Of a stretch of DNA of 64,000 bases, positions 1-11,474 are shown piece by piece. The translations under genes were made by a program, and so were the position numbers. The DNA comes from an uncultured cyanobacterium (GTDB lineage: Bacteria; Cyanobacteriota; Cyanobacteriia; Cyanobacteriales; CAWCAG01). The notes below the pieces were generated by a model. That model saw only the letters and a list, made by a program, of their open reading frames with translations. It was not told where the DNA came from and ran no database searches. The stretch is from contig CAWCAG010000007.1 in the NCBI GenBank assembly GCA_963793425.1, forward strand, positions 480,001 to 544,000. Reading direction: 5' to 3'. Every line of letters begins with the position of its first letter. Within the stretch, counting starts at the first letter, position 1.

Positions 1-1
1 A

Positions 2-175
2 CTACTGCAAATAGTGGCTGTTTGGTGGTGGGTTTTACCTGCTGCTGGGATTCCTTTATGGATTGGTTTTTTGATAGCTATTCTGCTGGTTGCTGCTGGA
101 GTTTGGTTGCTTTGGCAAGGTTGGGGGTATGTAAGTAAGAGCAAAGGTGCAAATAAAGATTTAACGCCGCTCTAA
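2..175 (+). CDS. 3' end of a membrane protein, truncated by the window edge
   Basis: Open frame from base 2 reads LLQIVAVWWWVLPAAGIPLWIGFLIAILLVAAGVWLLWQGW...TPL*, with two hydrophobic segments and TAA at 173-175. Confidence 0.6.
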   Translation, partial: LLQIVAVWWWVLPAAGIPLWIGFLIAILLVAAGVWLLWQGWGYVSKSKGANKDLTPL

Positions 176-991
176 TAGCAAAGCATTCTGGTACAGTCGG
201 ACTTCTTCGGTTACGGAGAGGATGTTGAAAAACGGTTCTAAAGTACGACGTAGATAATCTAGGTCATAAAATACATAGGAACTAGAAAACCGACCAATAG
301 TAAACATATCAAAATCAGTATGACTAAACTGTTCATATTCTGGGAACCTATGCAGATTCTTGGCTAAGCTGGAATTTTTGTGTTTACCCTCAAGCAGAGA
401 GATGTCGTTTTTGAGGTGAACTGTGACAAAAAGCTTACCGCCAGGACGTAAAATTCTTCTTAATTCGGCAAACCAGGTATCGGCTAAGTCATCAATATGA
501 GAAAAAACTGACCCCGCATAGATAAATCCAAAGTAGTGATCTTCAAAGGGTAAGTGGGGGACAGTGGTGGTGGTGATGAAATGAAAAAGTGGGTTGAGGT
601 TTTGCTTGCACCAAACGATTCGGTTGGCGTTGATATCTGTACCCCATATTTCATGTTCAGCAGCTAATTCTTCCAGGCAGCGAATCATCCTACCGTTGCC
701 ACAACCAAAATCCAGGATATTGCCTAAAGAGCCAATGTCTACATCAGATTTACTGAGGATATCAAGCATCTGTTGCAAATCACGCTTACCAGAAGCAAGG
801 TATTCTTCTGGTGTATTGCCGTACTTTTTACTAATCCACTGATTTCGGGGCGGGACAGTGTGGGCATTTGCTTCAGGAAATTTGGGTACTATGTAACAAG
901 ATGAACCGGATTTATAAGGGAAAAAAGGAACCATAGTTCCCTTGTTACCTCGTAATTTAGCTTTGATGGCTTTGATCAGCTTGAGTTTCAA
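161..991 (-). CDS. Class I SAM-dependent methyltransferase
   Basis: ILDFGCGNG motif I; LPFEDHYFGFI and RILRPGG motifs. Confidence 0.85.
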   Translation of the reverse strand: MKLKLIKAIKAKLRGNKGTMVPFFPYKSGSSCYIVPKFPEANAHTVPPRNQWISKKYGNTPEEYLASGKRDLQQMLDILSKSDVDIGSLGNILDFGCGNGRMIRCLEELAAEHEIWGTDINANRIVWCKQNLNPLFHFITTTTVPHLPFEDHYFGFIYAGSVFSHIDDLADTWFAELRRILRPGGKLFVTVHLKNDISLLEGKHKNSSLAKNLHRFPEYEQFSHTDFDMFTIGRFSSSYVFYDLDYLRRTLEPFFNILSVTEEVRLYQNALLLERR

Positions 992-1157
992 TTTTTAACC
1001 TACTTCTAGATGACTAACGACCTATTAGAGGTTAAACATAAACTTTCTATTTGCTCTCCTCATATAGAATGATATGTAGAATTTTCTGGGAATGACTAGT
1101 TGTATATAATTAAGAAATGTTAATTAACATTGAGAAGTCAATAGTTAGAAATTTTCA

Positions 1158-4124
1158 ATGCCAAATAATAATTATATTTTGCCTCAAGATGTAGATTTAA
1201 CCAATTGCGATCGCGAAGCTATTCATATACCGGGGCAAATTCAGCCCCACGGTATCCTTTTAGCCCTGGAAGAGCCTAGTTTAAGGATTTTACAGGCGAG
1301 TAGCAACACAGAGCAGTTGTGGGGAGTTGCTGCTTCGGCTTTGATTGGTCAATATTTAGATTTTATTTTGGCTTCAGAAAATATCAGTACTTTAAAGTAC
1401 TGTTTAGAACAAGAAGATATCGAAGCTAATAATCCTCTTGTTTTGCAGGTTAAGCTCGGCAAGCAAAATTTCACTTACGAAAGTATTATTCATCGTCATC
1501 AGGGAATTTTGATTTTAGAACTAGAACCTATTTCCTTGCCTGAGCGCGAGTCAAATTTGGGCTTTTATCAACTTATTAAAACCGCTTTAGTTGCGATTAG
1601 AAAAGCAAGAAGCTTCTCAGAAGCAACCAAATTTTTAGCCCAAGAAGTAAGGAAAATAACTGGTTTTGACCGAGTGATGGTTTATCGCTTTGAACCGGAT
1701 AATAGCGGTGTTGTGGTTGCAGAAGCAAAAAGAGCAGGATTAGAACCCTATTTGCATTTACATTATCCTGCTTCTGATATTCCTAAGCAAGCGAGAAAAC
1801 TTTATTATAATAATTGGTTACGTTTAATTGTTGATATTAATTATCAACCTGCTGAGCTTATTCCGCCCCATAATCCCCTTACCAATGAACCCTTAGATTT
1901 AAGCCATTCGGTATTGAGGAGTGTTTCCTCTTTACATCGGGAATATTTACAGAATATGGGAGTGGGTGCTTCCTGTAGCATTTCTCTAATTAATGAACAA
2001 AAACTTTGGGGCTTAATTGCTTGCCATCATTATGCCCCCAAGTATATAGACTATGAAAGCAGAAAAGCTTGTGAATTTCTGGGGCAGTTGATGTCTGTCT
2101 CTTTGGTAAATAAGCAAAAGGAAGATTTTCAGGTCTATCAACAACAAATCAAATCATTACAAAAGAAATTTCGGGAAATTACTTCTAACCAAGATGGTTT
2201 TCATCGTGAGTTATTAACTACCAGTGACCAGAGTTTATTAGAATTAGTTGATGCCCAGGGGTCCGCTATTTTGTTAGATGGAAATTTAACTTTATTAGGA
2301 CAAACTCCCCAGCGAGAGCAAGTTGAGCAATTAATTACTTGGCTGCAAGAATCTGCTCAACCAGAAATATTTTTTACCAGTTGCCTGAGCAAAGACTATC
2401 CCCCAGCAGCAGCCTTTATAGCGGAAGCTAGTGGTTTACTGGCCATTTCTTTAGTCGTTAAGCAAATGTCCTACCATCTTCTTTGGTTTCGGACAGAATA
2501 TATTCATACCGTTGACTGGGCCGGAAATCCTGATAAACCAGTAACTCTTGATGATCATGGTGGCTTGACTTTAGTACCTCGTAAATCATTTGAGTTGTGG
2601 CAAGAAACAGTTAAAAATCAGTCTTTGCCTTGGCAACAAATCGAAATTGATGCAGCCCAGGAATTTAGAAACACTTTACTCCTTGCTGCTTTGAAATTCT
2701 CCCAAGAAGCCTTAGAAAAAACTGTCCAAGAAGCAGAAGTTGCTAACCAGGCGAAGAGTCAGTTTCTCGCCAAAATGAGTCATGAGTTACGTACTCCCCT
2801 CAATGCGATTTTGGGCTTTAGCCAAATAATGAACAAAAACGATAGTTTATCTGTTGTACAAAAAGAGCATTTAGGGATTATTAATCGTAGTGGTGAACAT
2901 CTTTTGACACTCATTGATGATGTCTTAAATATGTCCAAAATTGAAGCTGGCAGAGTTACTCTTAACCAAAATAGCTTTGACTTGTTGAGAATGCTCCATA
3001 GTTTGGAGGAAATGGTCGAACTAAAAGCTGATGCCCAAAGAATAAAACTGGAATTTAGCTTAGCTGCGGATTTATGTCGATATATTCACACTGACGAAAG
3101 TAAGTTGCGCCAAGTGTTGCTTAACTTACTAGGCAACGCCATTAAATTTACTCACCAAGGACAAGTTACCTTACAAGTAGAGAATGTCTCTCCAGAGACA
3201 AGTTCCCACCAACTTTTAGCATTTTCTGTAACTGATACCGGGCTTGGTATTGCCTCAGCAGAATTAGACCAACTATTTGACCCTTTCGCTCAAACAGAAA
3301 CAGGGCGTAAATCCATGGAAGGGACAGGTTTAGGATTACCGATTAGTCAACAATTTGTGCGCTTATTAGGGGGAGAAATTGAAGTTAGTAGTTTTGTGGG
3401 CAAAGGGAGTACTTTTCGCTTCGTCATTCCTGTTTCAGAAGTTAGTGAAACCGAAGTAGAAACCACCGAAACCAAAGAGGTAATTGCTTTAGCCCCAGGT
3501 CAACCTCAATATCGTATTTTAGTTATAGAAGACGTTCCAGAAAACCTGCAACTAATCAGGGAAATTCTCACACCGTTGGGTTTTGCCCTTCGTGAAGCCA
3601 AAAATGGTCAAGAAGGAGTGGATGTGTGGAAAACGTGGCAACCCCAGCTAATTTTAATGGACATGGAAATGCCAGTTATGAACGGCTATGAAGCCACCAA
3701 ACGCATCAAAAGTACCCCTGAAGGCCAAGACACGATCATCATCTCCCTCACTGCCAGCGCTTTTGAGGAACAAAGAGCAGATATTTTAGCAACCGGGTGT
3801 AATGACTTTCTGCGTAAACCTTTCCAGGAAAGCGTGTTACTACAAAAAATTAACCGCTATTTAGGAGTAGATTACCTTTATGCCGAAGCCAATGAACAAA
3901 GTAGCAACTCCTCCAGCCAAAGCCTGACCCCCCAAGACCTACAAGCTATGCCAAAACAGTGGCGAGAACAGTTACAAATAGCAGCCTTGTCTATGGATGA
4001 AGAACAACTCTGGGAACTTATTGAGCAAATTCCCCCCTCTGAAGCTAATCTTGTCAAAAGCTTAACAGACTTGATTAATAACTTCCGGTTCGACATAATA
4101 ACTGAATATACTGAGCAAAACTAG
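1158..4124 (+). CDS. Bacteriophytochrome-type hybrid histidine kinase (PAS-GAF-PHY-HisKA-HATPase-REC)
   Basis: DLTNCDREAIHIPGQIQPHG N-terminus, PASDIP motif, PRKSF tongue, SHELRTPLN H-box, GTGLGL G-box, C-terminal receiver (LILMDMEMP). Confidence 0.9.
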   Translation: MPNNNYILPQDVDLTNCDREAIHIPGQIQPHGILLALEEPSLRILQASSNTEQLWGVAASALIGQYLDFILASENISTLKYCLEQEDIEANNPLVLQVKLGKQNFTYESIIHRHQGILILELEPISLPERESNLGFYQLIKTALVAIRKARSFSEATKFLAQEVRKITGFDRVMVYRFEPDNSGVVVAEAKRAGLEPYLHLHYPASDIPKQARKLYYNNWLRLIVDINYQPAELIPPHNPLTNEPLDLSHSVLRSVSSLHREYLQNMGVGASCSISLINEQKLWGLIACHHYAPKYIDYESRKACEFLGQLMSVSLVNKQKEDFQVYQQQIKSLQKKFREITSNQDGFHRELLTTSDQSLLELVDAQGSAILLDGNLTLLGQTPQREQVEQLITWLQESAQPEIFFTSCLSKDYPPAAAFIAEASGLLAISLVVKQMSYHLLWFRTEYIHTVDWAGNPDKPVTLDDHGGLTLVPRKSFELWQETVKNQSLPWQQIEIDAAQEFRNTLLLAALKFSQEALEKTVQEAEVANQAKSQFLAKMSHELRTPLNAILGFSQIMNKNDSLSVVQKEHLGIINRSGEHLLTLIDDVLNMSKIEAGRVTLNQNSFDLLRMLHSLEEMVELKADAQRIKLEFSLAADLCRYIHTDESKLRQVLLNLLGNAIKFTHQGQVTLQVENVSPETSSHQLLAFSVTDTGLGIASAELDQLFDPFAQTETGRKSMEGTGLGLPISQQFVRLLGGEIEVSSFVGKGSTFRFVIPVSEVSETEVETTETKEVIALAPGQPQYRILVIEDVPENLQLIREILTPLGFALREAKNGQEGVDVWKTWQPQLILMDMEMPVMNGYEATKRIKSTPEGQDTIIISLTASAFEEQRADILATGCNDFLRKPFQESVLLQKINRYLGVDYLYAEANEQSSNSSSQSLTPQDLQAMPKQWREQLQIAALSMDEEQLWELIEQIPPSEANLVKSLTDLINNFRFDIITEYTEQN

Positions 4125-4309
4125 GTGCATTTCATAAAAATATATAGAATTTGACAACAAAGAATTTAATTAATATGGCTGACAGTGGGCTTTATGAAGC
4201 AAAGAAACGAGGTGGAAATTATATTTTTTCTGGACAGTTAATGTCAATTTGCCAAGGGAATTAGGGAATTTAATAGCACAGGTTATTTGTGAGGGCAGGT
4301 AGTAGAAAG

Positions 4310-4882
4310 TTAAAAAATCTCTGCTAACTCTAAAACAAATCCTGGTAAAACACCCTCACCAGACACAGTAACAGGAGATTGCAGAATTTCCACCTTTTGC
4401 CCTGGGCGATATACTTCTACAACTTGACGTTGGGGATCTATTAACCAACCCAACCTTGCACCGTTTGCCATATATTCTTCTAATTTAGCCCTCGTCTTGG
4501 CTAAAGTATCGCTTTTAGACCGTAACTCCACCACAAAATCAGGACAGAGAGGCACAAAAGCCTCTTTTTGCTGTGTAGTAAGAGCATCCCAGCGTTCCAT
4601 CTTAACCCAGGAAGCATCAGGAGAACGGTTTGCACCATTGGGAAGTTGAAATCCTGTAGAAGAATCAAAAACCTTACCCAGTCTTTCTAAACGATTCCAA
4701 GCCTTAAGTTGGTAGGTTAAATCAGCATTGCGATCGCCTGTTAGCCCACCTGTTGGGGACATAATAATTAATTCTCCTGTCACTGTACGTTCAAATTGTA
4801 AATCCTGATGCTTTTGACACAATTGGAAGAATTGTTCTTCAGTGAGGGGAATTTCTAGCTGTAAAGGAGAAGGCAATAGCAT
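4310..4882 (-). CDS. Uma2 family PD-(D/E)XK endonuclease-like protein
   Basis: GELIIMSP, RSPDASWV, PDFVVELRS and GARLGWLIDP motifs. Confidence 0.9.
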   Translation of the reverse strand: MLLPSPLQLEIPLTEEQFFQLCQKHQDLQFERTVTGELIIMSPTGGLTGDRNADLTYQLKAWNRLERLGKVFDSSTGFQLPNGANRSPDASWVKMERWDALTTQQKEAFVPLCPDFVVELRSKSDTLAKTRAKLEEYMANGARLGWLIDPQRQVVEVYRPGQKVEILQSPVTVSGEGVLPGFVLELAEIF

Positions 4883-4974
4883 TTATACTAAATCCTGTTT
4901 AAATAGCATAAGTTATCCTCGCTATTAGTTTAACAATAACCTTCCCCATCTACCCATCTACCCAGCAAAAAAAG

Positions 4975-7900
4975 CTACCCTTTAATTTCCTGAATAGGAA
5001 TCCTAATTTCAAAAATTGTTCCTTGACCAACTTGAGAATGACATAACAAATTACCGCCGTGCTTTTCCACAATAATTTGATAGCTGATCGCCAAACCTAG
5101 TCCTGTACCTTTACCAATCGCTTTGGTAGTAAAGAAAGGATCAAAAATGGAGTTGACAATTGACTCTGGCATACCCATGCCGTTATCGCTTATTTCTATC
5201 ACTGCTTGGAGATTTTCTTCGAGTTCCTTGGGTTTTCCTAATCTTGTCGCAATAATAATTTCACCATTGCACCTCTCCAGTGTTTCTGCTTCTGTTGCCT
5301 CTTCAATAGCATCAATAGCGTTGCTGAGGATATTCATAAATACTTGATTAAGTTGCCCTGCATAACAGTCTATTTCCGGCAGCTTGCCATAATCTTTAAC
5401 TATATCTATGCAAGGATAGTTTGGTCTAGCTTTTAAGCGATGTTGCAAAATTAGTAAAGTGCTATCAATACCCTCATGTAAATTAACTTTTTTCCTTTCA
5501 GCTTTGTCATGGTGAGAAAAATTACGCAGAGATAAGACCATTTGCCTAATACGCTCTGCCCCAACCTTAAGAGAATCAATAACTTTGGGTAAATCTTTTT
5601 CTACAAAGTCTAAATCAATAACTTCAATTTGCTCTGCTATTTGGGAAGTTGGTTGTGGATAAGCAGTTTTATAGAGATGCAATAGTTTCAGTAAGTCGCA
5701 GGAATAGGATTTTAAATGGTTAAGGTTACCGTAAATAAAATTAACCGGATTATTAATTTCATGGGCAACTCCTGCGACTAACTGCCCTAAGCTAGACATT
5801 TTCTCTGATTGGATTATATGTGCCTGTGCCTGTCGCAAATCTTCTAAGGCTTTGGCTAACTTTTCTGTTTGCTGTTGGGCTTGAAATAAAAGAGAGCTTT
5901 GCTGTAAAGCAACTCCTAAATGAGTAGCAATTTGTTGGGCAAACCTGATTTCAGAATCTTCCCATTCCCTGATTTTTTGGCATTGATGGATGCAAAGTAA
6001 TCCCCATAATTTGTCCCTTTTTAGGAGAGGGACAGCTAGATTAGCTCGCACTTGAAACTGTTCTAATATTTGTAAATGGCAGTTACTCAAAGCAGCATCG
6101 TTAATATCGGCAACAGCATGATATCTTCCATCTTGGTATTCTTGAGCATATTGCTCAGCAAAACATTCATCGTGAACTTTAATGGCCAACACTGAAGAAA
6201 AAGCCGACTTAACATCTTCAGAAACAAACTTTCCTTCGCTCCAACCCGAAGCCCCAAAGCGGAATACGGCTACCCTGTCAGCATCTAAGAGGGCGCGTAC
6301 TTCCTTGGTGGCTGTTTGGAAGATTGTTTCTAAATCCAAAGATTCCCTGATCTTACTAATTACCCTAAAGAGAGACTGTCGCTTTTCCGCTGCTTTTTTG
6401 AGTTGTCGGGCTTTTTCTTTAGAAGCTTGTGCCGCTACTAAACTTTGTTGGTAAAGCTCCCCTTGGTTAATAGCAACAGCCGCTTGATCTGCTAGCTGTT
6501 GCAACAGGTCAATTTCTGAATCTTGCCAAACTCTCGTACTTTTACACTCGTGGGCAATGAGTAAGCCCCATAACAAGTCTCCCGTTTGTACTGGTACAAC
6601 TAAGTTAGCTTTAACTTGCAAACTGCGGAGAAAGGCTTGATGTTGTGGGTTTAATTCTTCTTGGGAAACATCGTTCATCGCCCTCACTCTACCTACGTGG
6701 GAGTGAAAGTATCCTGCTTCGCAATCAAAAAACTCTTGGGGAACTTTGCTGCCTAAAGCAGAGGGCCAATTTTCATCAACTTCTTCGGCAATAACTTCTA
6801 CTTGCAACTCATCATTAAGTTGATAAATAGCTACTCGATCTGTATTTAATAAAGCCCTTACCTCCCGCACCAAAATTTCTAAGGTAGTCTTAACATCCAA
6901 GGTGCTACGAATTTGGTTAGTAACTCGCTTCAGGGCATTTTGCAGATTTAAGGACTTTTGCAATTGAGCAGTACGCTCTTGAACTTGCTTTTCTAGGTTG
7001 CTATTAAGAGACTGTACTTGTTGATAAAGTTGGTTTTGTTGAATGGCCGTAACAAAGGAACGGCTTAAAGCTTGGGCTAAGATTAGATCTTCCGTTGTCC
7101 ATTCCTGGGCCTGACCTTTTTTTAGTTCTCGCCAAGCTTCAAAAGAAAGTCGGGGCAGAGCTTGTTTTTGGCTGGGGTCAAAACGTCCTGCCCAAAGAGT
7201 TTCTGTGTCTATTTCATCCCGGAATATGGTCAAGCTGCCAACCAAACTGGCACGATAGTAAAGAGGAATAGCCAATAAGCCACGAATCTGGGTTGAGGTG
7301 AAAGCTTGGCTTAATACTCGTAACTTAGGGTCTTTATAAAGGTCTACAACAGTAACTGGTTCTAAGTTCTCCCCTTCAGTCTGCCGAAAAAGGAAACTTT
7401 GCCAAACAGGATGTTCTTCCAGGGGGGTTTCTGGCTGGTGGTGAATAAGAGTTTGTGGTTGACTTCCCCAGGTATGTACCGCGCTGCCGAGGTTTTGCCC
7501 TGAAGCAGCAATATGTACTCTACCCCCGGAACCTTTCAAAGCAAGTACAGTTTCTTCTAAAGCTTCTTCTATCTCCATTGTTGGTAGAGAATGAAGTAGG
7601 GTTGAGATACGGTTTATAGTAACTTGCCGCTTAGCTTGCTCTCTGGTAGTGCTGAGAAGAGTTGATTCTGCGATCGCCATACTTACTTGATCAGCCACCC
7701 ATTGAAGAACTTCTAATTCCGGGAGGTTTATTTCCCGCGCTTGGCTGTGGTGAGAAATTAATAGTCCCCAGAGAGCATGGTTTTTCCTGCCTACTGTTTT
7801 ATTGAGCTGTAGGGGCAGTACCACAGATGATTGTACTCCCATTGCTCGGAGGTATTCTAAGTGGCAAGCATCTACTCGACGATAAATAATTGTTTCTTCT

Positions 7901-8277
7901 TCGGAAAGGGTTTTTGCTGGTCTATTGCTGAAACCGACAGAACCAGAGGCGACATCGGTAATGGCCCGCACTCCCAATTTAATAAAGAGTTCCCTTACTC
8001 GCTGGGGAATATCATCAGCAGGAAAATTTAGTCCGGCTAAAGAAGGTAAGCGATCGCTATCTCTCGATTCGGCAATAACTTTGCCGCTACCATCTTGATT
8101 AAAACGATAGATCATGACTCTATCTGTTTTGAGAACGTGGCGCACTTCAGCTACTGTGGCCCGCAAAATTTCTGACAATTCTAAAGATTGTCGAATATGC
8201 CGAGTAACTCGTTGAAATAAAGCTACTTTTTTTGTTTGTGCTAACTCAGATTTCACTCTGTCATTTGTTAAATACAT
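4975..8277 (-). CDS. Multi-GAF photosensory histidine kinase: knotless phytochrome (GAF-PHY), degenerate CBCR GAF, DXCF CBCR GAF, kinase
   Basis: FPADDIP and VDACHLEYL in GAF1; PRLSFEAW tongue; HDECF and SNCH in the last GAF; AHEINNP H-box; GKGTGLGL G-box. Confidence 0.85.
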   Translation of the reverse strand: MYLTNDRVKSELAQTKKVALFQRVTRHIRQSLELSEILRATVAEVRHVLKTDRVMIYRFNQDGSGKVIAESRDSDRLPSLAGLNFPADDIPQRVRELFIKLGVRAITDVASGSVGFSNRPAKTLSEEETIIYRRVDACHLEYLRAMGVQSSVVLPLQLNKTVGRKNHALWGLLISHHSQAREINLPELEVLQWVADQVSMAIAESTLLSTTREQAKRQVTINRISTLLHSLPTMEIEEALEETVLALKGSGGRVHIAASGQNLGSAVHTWGSQPQTLIHHQPETPLEEHPVWQSFLFRQTEGENLEPVTVVDLYKDPKLRVLSQAFTSTQIRGLLAIPLYYRASLVGSLTIFRDEIDTETLWAGRFDPSQKQALPRLSFEAWRELKKGQAQEWTTEDLILAQALSRSFVTAIQQNQLYQQVQSLNSNLEKQVQERTAQLQKSLNLQNALKRVTNQIRSTLDVKTTLEILVREVRALLNTDRVAIYQLNDELQVEVIAEEVDENWPSALGSKVPQEFFDCEAGYFHSHVGRVRAMNDVSQEELNPQHQAFLRSLQVKANLVVPVQTGDLLWGLLIAHECKSTRVWQDSEIDLLQQLADQAAVAINQGELYQQSLVAAQASKEKARQLKKAAEKRQSLFRVISKIRESLDLETIFQTATKEVRALLDADRVAVFRFGASGWSEGKFVSEDVKSAFSSVLAIKVHDECFAEQYAQEYQDGRYHAVADINDAALSNCHLQILEQFQVRANLAVPLLKRDKLWGLLCIHQCQKIREWEDSEIRFAQQIATHLGVALQQSSLLFQAQQQTEKLAKALEDLRQAQAHIIQSEKMSSLGQLVAGVAHEINNPVNFIYGNLNHLKSYSCDLLKLLHLYKTAYPQPTSQIAEQIEVIDLDFVEKDLPKVIDSLKVGAERIRQMVLSLRNFSHHDKAERKKVNLHEGIDSTLLILQHRLKARPNYPCIDIVKDYGKLPEIDCYAGQLNQVFMNILSNAIDAIEEATEAETLERCNGEIIIATRLGKPKELEENLQAVIEISDNGMGMPESIVNSIFDPFFTTKAIGKGTGLGLAISYQIIVEKHGGNLLCHSQVGQGTIFEIRIPIQEIKG

Positions 8278-8640
8278 TTTTATTTACCCAACGGATAAAT
8301 AGGGAACTATTATCAATCTCCACATTGACTAAATATTCTCATCTTTTTGCCTAGTTCAGGACTTCTAAGTAGCACACCAAAAATGTGTCTGAATTTTAGG
8401 AGATTGAAATCATTTTGACATAAAAATTAATAAATCTTTTATTAATAGATAACCATTATATCAGATTGTTCAAAATGCTGGCTCCTATACCTTGAAAGTA
8501 TCTAGTAAAGGCGATCCCCAATACTTATCTTTATAGCTTTCTTCAATAAATATTCCCTATTTGTGAGTAATATAAACTTATTTTAACTACTTATTTTCAG
8601 AGCTAGATTTTCTACTCAAAGAGCAATTATACTTAGGGGA

Positions 8641-8668
8641 AGGGAGTAGAGAGTAGGGAGTAGGGAGT
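8641..8668. repeat. Heptamer STRR (AGGGAGT/AGAGAGT) x4
   Basis: agggagtagagagtagggagtagggagt. Confidence 0.7.
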
Positions 8669-8742
8669 GGTAACATTTAAGTTCTTATTAATAAGCTTAA
8701 TGCAAAAACTTGTTCACTCCGCCTCGCCTTAAGCCTGGGTAT

Positions 8743-10083
8743 TTAACTCAGTAGCTTCTGCCAACTTTCTTCGCCAAAAATCCCTTCATCAGGCAAATCA
8801 TGTTCCCTTTGAAATTTGCTTACTACCTCACCTGTAGTTTGATTGTATTCCCCTTCAGGTTCGATACCCAAGCGATATTGGACGTATTGTACTGCCGGAC
8901 CATCAGCGTGATTAACTCGGAGTCTAGGTTGTTCTAAGACAGCTTCTAAGGCATCCCAAGTTGCTGCACCTGCGGCTTTAAAATCCCCTAACCCGACTAT
9001 TTCGTTAAATTGGCAGATGGCAGACTCAGTAGCAGCATCTAATACGCCGTTTTCTGGTAGAGATTGACCTTTGTGATCTTTAAATTGCAACTTGTTGAGA
9101 GATTTTTGTAGTTGTAAAATAGTTTCATCAACCTCAGAAGTGGTTTGAAACTCAGCGAGGGTAACTTCTGGTTGTTCAGCAGAAGTGAGGAAATTAGCGA
9201 CACTTTCCTCTTGTTCTAAACCTGGTACTAATTCTGCAACCATAAATTCATCTGCTTCAACATTCAAGCTACTGCTACTCACTGCTGTCGGATTTTGACC
9301 AGTTAAACCTCTAACAATGGCATTAGCCATAGCTTCAGCATTAAAAATATTCATGTCTTGCCGAGAATCAAGGAAACAGCATTCAATCAGAATAGCTGGC
9401 ATATTAGTATTTTTCACCACATATAAATGGGAGCCATTTTTCACCCTGCGGTTCACAAAACCCAAACTAACAATGTTATTTAAAACAGGTTGAGCAACTC
9501 TTTTTGCTGCATCGCTAACAGCAAAAACTTCTGTACCGTTGGCTTTACCATTGAAAGCATTAAAATGGATAGAAACGTAGTAATTCACCTTCTGAGCATT
9601 AGCCGTTTGTACCCTCCTCCTCAAAGAGTCAATAACGCTGTAAGCTCTTGAAGGAGTGCAACTAATAGCGGTGTGACCAAGATTCCTTAACTTACTAATA
9701 ACCCGATAACCAACTTCTCTAGTTAAAGTATCTTCAACAGCAATTCCCCTCGCCCCTGTATCGGGAGGAGCATTATGACCCATATCAATACCAAATTTCA
9801 GTCTGGATGCTTGAGGCTTAATAGTTGCTGCATTAGCCGTTAAAGGTTTGCCATCACGCCATATTTCTACGTGGCCAGCATAGGCATACCAAGTATTTAA
9901 ACCATTAAAACTTGTTTCTGCTAAAGCTACCTTAATATGACTTCCTTCCTTTTTCCAACTATGTAAAACTAGTTCCGCACCGCCATTGATGTTGTACTTA
10001 AGCTTAGGATCTTTGATCTGGCTGCTATCAACGGGTTGTTGTTTGAGAATAGTATCGACAAGAATTTTGAGAGTATAAACCAT
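8743..10083 (-). CDS. N-acetylmuramoyl-L-alanine amidase (Amidase_3) with an N-terminal SH3-like module and C-terminal peptidoglycan-binding domains
   Basis: IDMGH...EDTL...SIHFNA...LIECCF zinc and catalytic residues; LQKSLNKL...GVLDAATESA PG-binding repeats; start at MVYTLK by alignment to its paralog. Confidence 0.88.
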   Translation of the reverse strand: MVYTLKILVDTILKQQPVDSSQIKDPKLKYNINGGAELVLHSWKKEGSHIKVALAETSFNGLNTWYAYAGHVEIWRDGKPLTANAATIKPQASRLKFGIDMGHNAPPDTGARGIAVEDTLTREVGYRVISKLRNLGHTAISCTPSRAYSVIDSLRRRVQTANAQKVNYYVSIHFNAFNGKANGTEVFAVSDAAKRVAQPVLNNIVSLGFVNRRVKNGSHLYVVKNTNMPAILIECCFLDSRQDMNIFNAEAMANAIVRGLTGQNPTAVSSSSLNVEADEFMVAELVPGLEQEESVANFLTSAEQPEVTLAEFQTTSEVDETILQLQKSLNKLQFKDHKGQSLPENGVLDAATESAICQFNEIVGLGDFKAAGAATWDALEAVLEQPRLRVNHADGPAVQYVQYRLGIEPEGEYNQTTGEVVSKFQREHDLPDEGIFGEESWQKLLS

Positions 10084-10084
10084 A

Positions 10085-10113
10085 TCAGTTATCAATTATC
10101 AGTTATTCAGTTA
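10085..10113. repeat. Heptamer STRR (TTATCAG-like)
   Basis: tcagttatcaattatcagttattcagtta; the same unit recurs at about 32011-32033. Confidence 0.6.
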
Positions 10114-10155
10114 TAAAGCAGGAAGCAAATTCAATAATTATCAATTGTTAAATGC

Positions 10156-11370
10156 TTAACCAATTAATTTGCCCCAACTTTCTGCACCAAGAATGCCATC
10201 TGCGGTTATCTTTTGCTTTTGTTGAAACGCTGTTACTGCTTTTGCTGTACCAGGGCCATATAGCCCGTCTATATCAGTGTCAACTCGATATTGAACGTAG
10301 CGTACTACTGCACCTTGGGCATGGTTTTCCCAGAGTACAGGTTTGATTAACACTGCTTCAATGGCATTCCAGGTAGCAGAGCTAGCATTATCAGCATTAC
10401 CTAAGCCCATAATGCTATTAAATCTAGCTGTAGCAGATTCTGTTGCCGGGCCAGTAAATCCATCTTCTGCTAAAGATTTACCATTGCGATCGCGCATCTG
10501 CAAGCGATTAAGGGCTTTTTGTAATTTCAGGATGCTAGGATTCGGTTTTGTCCCACCACCACCAGAGCCGCCGCCTGTCACAGGATTCTGCCCGGTTAGC
10601 CCTTTAACAATAGCGTTAGCCATTGCTTCGGCGTTATAAAGATTCATGTCTTTTTGAGAATCCACAAAGCAACCTTCAACAAGGATGGCTGGCATATTGG
10701 TATTTCTCACCACATATAAATGGGAGCCATTTTTCACCCCACGATTAACAAATCCTAAGCTAATAATATTATCTAAAACAGGTCGAGCAATTCTTTTGGC
10801 TGCATCGCTAACTGCAAACACTTCTGTACCATTAGCTCTACCATTGAAAGCGTTGAAATGTAGAGAAACATAGTATTGTACGTTTTGAGCATTGGCTGTA
10901 CTCACGCGGCGGCGTAGGGAGTCGGAAACACTGTATGCTCTTGAGGGGGTGCAGTTAATGGCGATATGACCGAGACTTCTTAGCTTACTAATCACCCGAT
11001 TGCCCACATCCCTTGTCATCGTATCTTCAAAGCCAAAACCCCTGGCCCCAGTGTCGGGAGGGGCATTGTGACCCATATCAATACCAAATTTTAATTTAGA
11101 AGCAAGGGTTACAGCTTGTTGCTGTCCTAGGGGTAAACCATCTTGCCATATTTCTACATGACCAGCATAAGCATACCAAGTGTTTAAGCCATTAAAGCTC
11201 GTTTCAGCAAAAGCAGCCCTAATATGATTTCCTTCTTGTTTCCAACTTTGTAAGACTAATTCAGCGCCTTCAGTTATTTCGTATTTTTGTTGAGGATCAC
11301 CAATTAAGCCGCTATCAATAGGTTGTTGTTTAAGGACAGTATCGGCAAGTATTTTTAAGCTATAAACCAT
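10156..11370 (-). CDS. N-acetylmuramoyl-L-alanine amidase with an N-terminal SH3-like module and PG-binding domains
   Basis: IDMGH, SLHFNA and LVEGCF motifs; DGFTGPAT, DGLYGPGT and DGILGAESW PG_binding_1 motifs. Confidence 0.9.
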   Translation of the reverse strand: MVYSLKILADTVLKQQPIDSGLIGDPQQKYEITEGAELVLQSWKQEGNHIRAAFAETSFNGLNTWYAYAGHVEIWQDGLPLGQQQAVTLASKLKFGIDMGHNAPPDTGARGFGFEDTMTRDVGNRVISKLRSLGHIAINCTPSRAYSVSDSLRRRVSTANAQNVQYYVSLHFNAFNGRANGTEVFAVSDAAKRIARPVLDNIISLGFVNRGVKNGSHLYVVRNTNMPAILVEGCFVDSQKDMNLYNAEAMANAIVKGLTGQNPVTGGGSGGGGTKPNPSILKLQKALNRLQMRDRNGKSLAEDGFTGPATESATARFNSIMGLGNADNASSATWNAIEAVLIKPVLWENHAQGAVVRYVQYRVDTDIDGLYGPGTAKAVTAFQQKQKITADGILGAESWGKLIG

Positions 11371-11425
11371 TTTTCATTTAACATTTAGCATTTAACATTG
11401 ACCATCAATAAATGATCTTTTGTCT

Positions 11426-11458
11426 GGGCAACTTGGGGTTTGATTATTTAAGTTGCCC
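11426..11458. terminator. Intergenic hairpin between amidase genes (terminator or mRNA-stability element)
   Basis: GGGCAACTT...AAGTTGCCC 9-bp inverted repeat. Confidence 0.4.
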
Positions 11459-11474
11459 TTCGACTTCTTTTAGG

